Part shown: positions 25,601 to 29,457 of the stretch, piece by piece
Layout: the number at the start of each line of letters is the position of its first letter
Position numbering within the stretch: the stretch's first letter is position 1
IMG/VR virus record: IMGVR_UViG_3300046055_000025
Span: 1-29,457 of that record
Direction: 5' to 3' (one strand)
Length of the DNA: 29,457 bases
Source: a virus
Lineage: Duplodnaviria > Caudoviricetes
The notes under the pieces: generated by a model
Databases searched by the model: none
What the model was told of the DNA's origin: nothing
The model's input: only the letters and a program-made list of their open reading frames with translations
Made by a program: the position numbers and the translations under genes

Positions 25601-25994
25601 CGGGCTGCGGTCGAAGCTCGGCGTGCTTTCCGGCGTTGCGGGCAACATTCGCGACACGATCGTGGGGAAGCTCGACCCGACCGGCTGGTTCTCGACGCCC
25701 GAGGAGCACTACCGCGAGCTGTTCGGCGCCGCGTTCGATGCGATCGGCGACGAGGCGCGCCGTCGCGCACCTGACCTCACCGACTTGAATGTCGGCCAGC
25801 TCGCGCCACAGTCGCCCCGTGACGCCGCCAACCTCGGCGTCGGCGGCGAGCCGGCGGGTGCTGGGGGGCAGCGTGTTGTGGACCAGTCTGTGAATATCGA
25901 GCAGCTCCAGGCGACCGACTGGCAGAATGCCCGCCAGCAGTTAGAACGGCAGCGCCGGCTGGCCGCTTTGAAGGGGCGCGGAAGGGACGGCTAA
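22650..25994 (+). CDS. Tape measure protein, very acidic, repeat-rich N-terminal third
   Basis: 1114 aa; VGEAFIEIQP N-terminus typical of actinophage TMPs; Ala/Gly-rich helical repeats; follows the chaperone. Confidence 0.9.
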   Translation: MGEQVGEAFIEIQPELEGFAEELSEGVGEATSEAVNTASSEFEDLGGVAERVSSTITDSFEGLSGAVEGVSADIAGSFADAGEEISGALSDAPDVLGEAASDAINVASNELEDLGGVAEDVSASITDSFESTGEEIRGSLSNASDASTTSFEDLKGEASEAAKAASGSFEGLASEAGEVVEAADTASSSFEDLAGEAGEAADTVSGSFDDVGGEIAGEIERASGSIEGELGQIASDAREVTETVSSSFEGAGSEIAGEFERASSSASGELEQIASDAAEAADTASGSFGDVGSEVAGEFEEASSNASGEFEQIASDAQGAADEVGAAFDGTSSSASGEFEQIASDASSAADDVGAAFEGTASDLASELETASSQSTSSLDNIGAEARASANEASAAFEGVGEDIEGEFEEASAAASEVGSSISTDLNAAADEGGGAFERLKDAAVGPIGGTIASIVGLAGATEAFVSTSGPLESSVERLAAEFQTSEEEIRDLATGIANAQAPLEQVVQLFDLARRQGVETTSGLEDFTQTLLNVSESSLEGATDLAQIGSSLRSVGVEAGNISEVQDELAFIAQRTTFSLEELGETLPEVQKESGNLDLTFDQLIPLIAALNDEFGSQQAINQELSQTIGDAEGSYQKFVEELGFTREEIEGYRQEIDAANGLAERNAAINEEAASPLQRFAEGFKQARFQLVEGFQDFEAVNDRVDSFVEGMVSAAEVAGEVLSEADSLAGAFETLSAKVGLLPSGFGEVGAAAPPALGEAAGASQEFEETLSTVVGNLGDVVGPALRDALEELGPIVEDYAPVLGDAAVTLVDAIVEGISGEQQALTDVVTDDVLPLIVDVLTSSAVKSAVASAAGEIAIAIGEGLLDTLQRGGGPLGSAASTVETVVTGQFSGTLAPFRDVGSDVASAIGDAVVDFIPDSGVGSVIDQIVNTISGALSPSSFVELRVVGSDIAGEIAGAVSDLPGELYDIGASAIDDIIDGLRSKLGVLSGVAGNIRDTIVGKLDPTGWFSTPEEHYRELFGAAFDAIGDEARRRAPDLTDLNVGQLAPQSPRDAANLGVGGEPAGAGGQRVVDQSVNIEQLQATDWQNARQQLERQRRLAALKGRGRDG
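23251..23745 (+). repeat. Degenerate tandem coding repeats in the TMP (3 x 120 bp, then 87-bp units)
   Basis: Segments at 23281, 23401 and 23521 align (G.E.AGE.E.AS); SS.ASGEFEQIASDA recurs 29 aa apart. Confidence 0.8.
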
Positions 25995-26426
25995 GTGTCG
26001 ATCGAAATCGACCGGAGTAGTCTCGGGCTTTCCACGCTCGTGCTATGCCCGCCTGACTATCGGGTGCTGTCGTTTGAGCCGGGTGCGATCAGTATCGCTC
26101 GTGAGGTGGCCGTCTCTCACACTGTCCACGGGGCGATCGACACTCATACGCGCCGCGAGCAGCTCACGTCGACGCTGGAGGTGCAGGTGCGCGGCACCAG
26201 CGCGCAGGCGTTGCAAAACAACTATGACGCGCTTGCCGACGCGCTCTTACAGCCGCTCTTCGACGTGGTGGCGGACATTGGCGACGCGACGTGGGAGTAT
26301 CGCTGTCAGGCGGCCGACGTCGACCCTGGCGCGATGACGTGGCGGTGGCATGACGTGCTTCCGATGGTCGAGATGGAACTTACCGCGTCGATCCCGAGGT
26401 TTCCGCACCGCGAGGACCGGTCGTGA
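25995..26426 (+). CDS. Minor tail protein (distal-tail-like)
   Basis: 143 aa, beta-rich, immediately after the TMP stop. Confidence 0.65.
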   Translation: MSIEIDRSSLGLSTLVLCPPDYRVLSFEPGAISIAREVAVSHTVHGAIDTHTRREQLTSTLEVQVRGTSAQALQNNYDALADALLQPLFDVVADIGDATWEYRCQAADVDPGAMTWRWHDVLPMVEMELTASIPRFPHREDRS

Positions 26427-28951
26427 CAAGGCGGTTCACGAACTTCGAGTGCGGCACGCAGGTCGGCGCGCCCCCCGACCGGTGGGACGACGAGGGGTCT
26501 GCGTCTCGGGACTTCGTGGTTGACAGGCTTTCGGGCGAGAACCGCGTGGTGGAGCTGAAGCAGTCAGCGCAGGCCAACGACATGGGGTTGTCGTGGCGGG
26601 CGGCTGGCACGATCGACGCGAGCCGGGTGGCTGAGATCGTATCTATGGTGTACGTGGCGGAGAGCGACAACGGCGAGCAGCCGTGCCGCGTCGTGTTGTT
26701 CTTTGGCGGCGGCCGGCTCGTTGCTGGCATGGTCAACCAGACGGAGCTGGCGGCGCCCGACAAGGAGTGGCGGCTGTGGCAGTTCACGTCGGGGTCGTAC
26801 GTTCAGCTCGACGCTTCCAGCGCTACCGAGGGGGTCACGGCGGACGGCTGGGAGGACGGTTCGTTCTTTTGGGTTCGGCTCCGATGGGAGCCTGACAGCA
26901 GCATGGTTCGCGCCCGCTTTTGGATGGACGGCATGGGGGAGCCGTCGGCTTGGCAGATGCAGTCTCCCCCGTCGACGACGCCGGCCAGCGGGCGGGCGGG
27001 CATTGAGGCGCGCAGCCAGTCGAACCGCGTGTGGAGCTGGGCGCGGGTTGGCGTTGGCGACGACGGCGACTCGGCGCCGAAGGATTCGTCGCCAGCCACC
27101 CCCAGCGATACGAAGACGGAGCAGGTCGAGAAGGTCACGCCGGTGCTGTCCGATGACCGGATCGTTGACGAACAGCGGGAGCCGTGGGGCGTCTTGCAGT
27201 TCGTCCGTGACGATTCGGTCGACGTGACGTGGCTCGACGACGGCACGCCGCTGATCGCTGAACAGTGGAGTTCCGGCATGCCGTTCGCCGACGGGCCGGC
27301 GCGCGTCCGCGTGCCGGGCCGCGACTACACCGACCCGGAGGTGGTCGGCTGGCTCGACCAGAACTTCGAGATCCGCCGGCACCCCATGGACGGGTCTGAT
27401 CCGACCACGCTGTGGGAGGGGTACGTCGTGGACGTCAGCGACGACGGCGGCGACACGGTTATAGAGATGGCCGGCGCGCACTTCCAGCTCGACGAGTATG
27501 TGCGCGCCCCGCTGGTCGTCACGGAGGGAGTCGACGTTGTCGACTTCATAAACGCCCAATACTCGCAGTCGACTCGCCCGCACTTGCGGTTTACGGTGCC
27601 TGATGATGGCGACGACCAGTCGTGGATTACTGTAGAGGACAGCCCGCCGGCTGTGAAGACGAGGCAGACGGGCTCGTGGGACGCGGCCCTGACCGGCTAT
27701 CTCCGCGACGTGCTGTTCCTGCTGCAAAAAACTGACGGGACGCGGTTCCGCATCGACCTTGACCGTCCGCGAACGCCAGTTTTGCGCCGCATCAAGGAAG
27801 TGTCGGCGGCAGCCGCCGATGCGACCGTCGACGCGCGCTGGCCCGGCGTCGAGCCGAGCCTGAGCGTGGACGCCCGCGAGACCGTCAATGTTCTCTACGG
27901 CGAGGGGACCAACAAGGCCGGACAGACGTACCGGAACGCCGACTACAGCACTGGCATCGCCGAGTATGAGCCGTTCGCCCACACTGACGCTGCCCACCCG
28001 AAGGGCAACGCGAATTTCGACCCGGACATCATCCGGCGCGAACGCCACCTGCAGTTTCCCTCCGGCACGTCATTCTCGCGTGCGATGGAGAGCGCAGAGC
28101 AGGTGCTGGCTCGCGACAAGGACCCGCGGTGGGTCGGCGACGTTGAGCTGCGCGTCGACCCTGAGGAGTTCAGCCGCTTCGAACTGAAGGCCGGCATGGT
28201 TATCCTGTTGAAGAATCACAGGGGGGCTGACCGGCCGTTGCAGATCGTCGAGGTTGAGGTCGACTGGAGCGACCTGTCGGTGAGCCTCACCGTCGACGAG
28301 CAGGCCCGCGACGTGCTGACGGTCGCGGAGATCCTAGAGCGCCGCCGACGGTCGAGCCGCAGCACAGTCGCGAATCTACGCCGCGGCTCTACCGGGTCGG
28401 TGGTTGAGGACACGAAGGTGCCGTGGGATGACGAGGCCGGGTCGGGCTACTTGCCGATGGGCGCGAAGGACGCTGGCGACCCGTCGAGCGACCCGCCGTC
28501 GAGTAGCCCCGCCGCGTTCGTCGAACTGTCGAATGGCCAGTGGGTGGTCGAGAAGGTATTTGCCGCTCAGAGGGCAACGGTCGGCGAGACTACGATGCAA
28601 CTCTACGATTCGAATGGCAGCGAGGTCGCCGCCCCGTTCTACGCGGCCATATTTGATGGTGAGGTGACGGCCGGCGATCTTGACTCGCCGCCGTTGGACG
28701 TCGGCCACTCGTGGTCGAGCTTGCCGTCCGGCGTGTCGGAGATCATCGGGTGGGGCGTCGATGGCCAGCGGGCCGGCTACAGCCCCGGTTTAGAGTCGAA
28801 TGGTGATGGTCAGACGGGCAGGCTCGATGACGAGAATACGTGGCAGTTTGACCTTGCCGAGGGGCAGGGCGAGGTGTGGCTGGCAGTGTGGCTTGACGGT
28901 GGCCCGTCGACGGCCTACCTGCAGGGCCGCATGGTGCAAGGAGTCGAGTGA
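26423..28951 (+). CDS. Large minor tail / baseplate hub protein
   Basis: 842 aa, GTGA-coupled; LWEGYVVDV and VNVLYGEG hub-like motifs; Trp-rich N-terminal beta domain. Confidence 0.7.
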   Translation: MTRRFTNFECGTQVGAPPDRWDDEGSASRDFVVDRLSGENRVVELKQSAQANDMGLSWRAAGTIDASRVAEIVSMVYVAESDNGEQPCRVVLFFGGGRLVAGMVNQTELAAPDKEWRLWQFTSGSYVQLDASSATEGVTADGWEDGSFFWVRLRWEPDSSMVRARFWMDGMGEPSAWQMQSPPSTTPASGRAGIEARSQSNRVWSWARVGVGDDGDSAPKDSSPATPSDTKTEQVEKVTPVLSDDRIVDEQREPWGVLQFVRDDSVDVTWLDDGTPLIAEQWSSGMPFADGPARVRVPGRDYTDPEVVGWLDQNFEIRRHPMDGSDPTTLWEGYVVDVSDDGGDTVIEMAGAHFQLDEYVRAPLVVTEGVDVVDFINAQYSQSTRPHLRFTVPDDGDDQSWITVEDSPPAVKTRQTGSWDAALTGYLRDVLFLLQKTDGTRFRIDLDRPRTPVLRRIKEVSAAAADATVDARWPGVEPSLSVDARETVNVLYGEGTNKAGQTYRNADYSTGIAEYEPFAHTDAAHPKGNANFDPDIIRRERHLQFPSGTSFSRAMESAEQVLARDKDPRWVGDVELRVDPEEFSRFELKAGMVILLKNHRGADRPLQIVEVEVDWSDLSVSLTVDEQARDVLTVAEILERRRRSSRSTVANLRRGSTGSVVEDTKVPWDDEAGSGYLPMGAKDAGDPSSDPPSSSPAAFVELSNGQWVVEKVFAAQRATVGETTMQLYDSNGSEVAAPFYAAIFDGEVTAGDLDSPPLDVGHSWSSLPSGVSEIIGWGVDGQRAGYSPGLESNGDGQTGRLDDENTWQFDLAEGQGEVWLAVWLDGGPSTAYLQGRMVQGVE

Positions 28952-29457
28952 TGGTGACGCTCAACACTGCTGCTGAACGTCCGCTTCGCCGGCGCCAGTT
29001 TCCCCGTCACGAGCACGACCTCGGCGACCTCGACGACCGGTACGTCAACGAGGCTGGCGACACGATGACGGGCCAGCTCACCATGGACGCGAGCCCGATC
29101 ATCATCAGTGGGAGCTACCTCACGGCCGACGTTGGCGCGAGCGAAGACAGGGCGGGCGGCGCGCTAGCCGGCATCGCAGTAACGGGGACTGACAGTAGCG
29201 GCAAGAACCAGGAGTTCGCGGTAGCGACCTACAGCAGCGGTTCGGCCGACATGGAGTATGAACACGATGATCTTCAGATAAGCTCAATCGTGCACAACCC
29301 GCCCGGCAATGATCCGCAGGTGTCTGGCGAGTCGATCCAGTTCAAGGTCGGCCCGTACCAAAACGACGACGAGCAGCTAATCGCGACAATCTCTCGTGAG
29401 GGACTGCGCATTGAGGCAGATCGCGAGCTAATCGTCGAAGGTGGTACGAGGCACACA
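28951..29457 (+). CDS. Tail fibre / receptor-binding protein, truncated by the window end
   Basis: Not in the ORF track; open from ATG 28951 (or GTG 28948) to the end: MVTLN...DDRYVNEAGDTMTGQL, a YV..GDTMTG.L tail-fibre motif. Confidence 0.75.
   Translation, partial: MVTLNTAAERPLRRRQFPRHEHDLGDLDDRYVNEAGDTMTGQLTMDASPIIISGSYLTADVGASEDRAGGALAGIAVTGTDSSGKNQEFAVATYSSGSADMEYEHDDLQISSIVHNPPGNDPQVSGESIQFKVGPYQNDDEQLIATISREGLRIEADRELIVEGGTRHT

Larger units (their letters stand above)
1..29457 (+). mobile_element. Tailed phage/prophage segment (siphovirus-like, probable actinobacterial host): modification, packaging, head and tail modules
   Basis: Co-oriented, tightly packed genes in canonical order terS-terL-portal-protease-capsid-tail tube-TAC-tape measure-minor tail. 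No integrase or att site seen, so lifestyle is unknown. Confidence 0.95.

Noticed and set aside
134-28048. Long minus-strand and alternative-frame ORFs (e.g. 134..763, 18159..19151, 22397..23563, 26564..28048)
   Set aside because: Shadows of GC-rich + strand genes; biased low-complexity composition and no recognisable motifs.
1-29457. Genome-wide TAG reassignment (genetic code 15)
   Set aside because: Long genes have no internal TAGs apart from 2880, and TAG ends the portal, GT32 and protease genes where the next gene is in another frame.

Overview
GC-rich segment of a tailed dsDNA phage or prophage, with essentially all real genes on the + strand. The head and tail genes resemble actinobacteriophage siphoviruses with separate hexamer and pentamer capsid proteins, and the very acidic proteins hint at a halotolerant host. 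Order: promoter/operator, HTH-Zn gene, repeat-rich non-coding region (ori- or pac-like), six-gene modification cluster (SAM methyltransferase, PAPS-reductase-family protein, N6A/N4C DNA methylase, 2OG-Fe(II)-oxygenase-like protein, glycosyltransferase-like protein, ParB/IbrB-like protein), terS/terL, portal, a GT32-sulfotransferase-GT cassette, gp10-like gene, papain-like peptidase, multidomain prohead protease, two capsid genes, then tail genes up to a truncated tail fibre. Most notable: the packaging-linked modification cluster, in which the PAPS-reductase gene has an in-frame TAG inside a stem-loop and the oxygenase is split at a C8 run; the glycosylation/sulfation cassette inside the head module; and paired GC(G/A)TAGC hairpins before two head genes. 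All family calls come from motif recognition by eye, not database searches.
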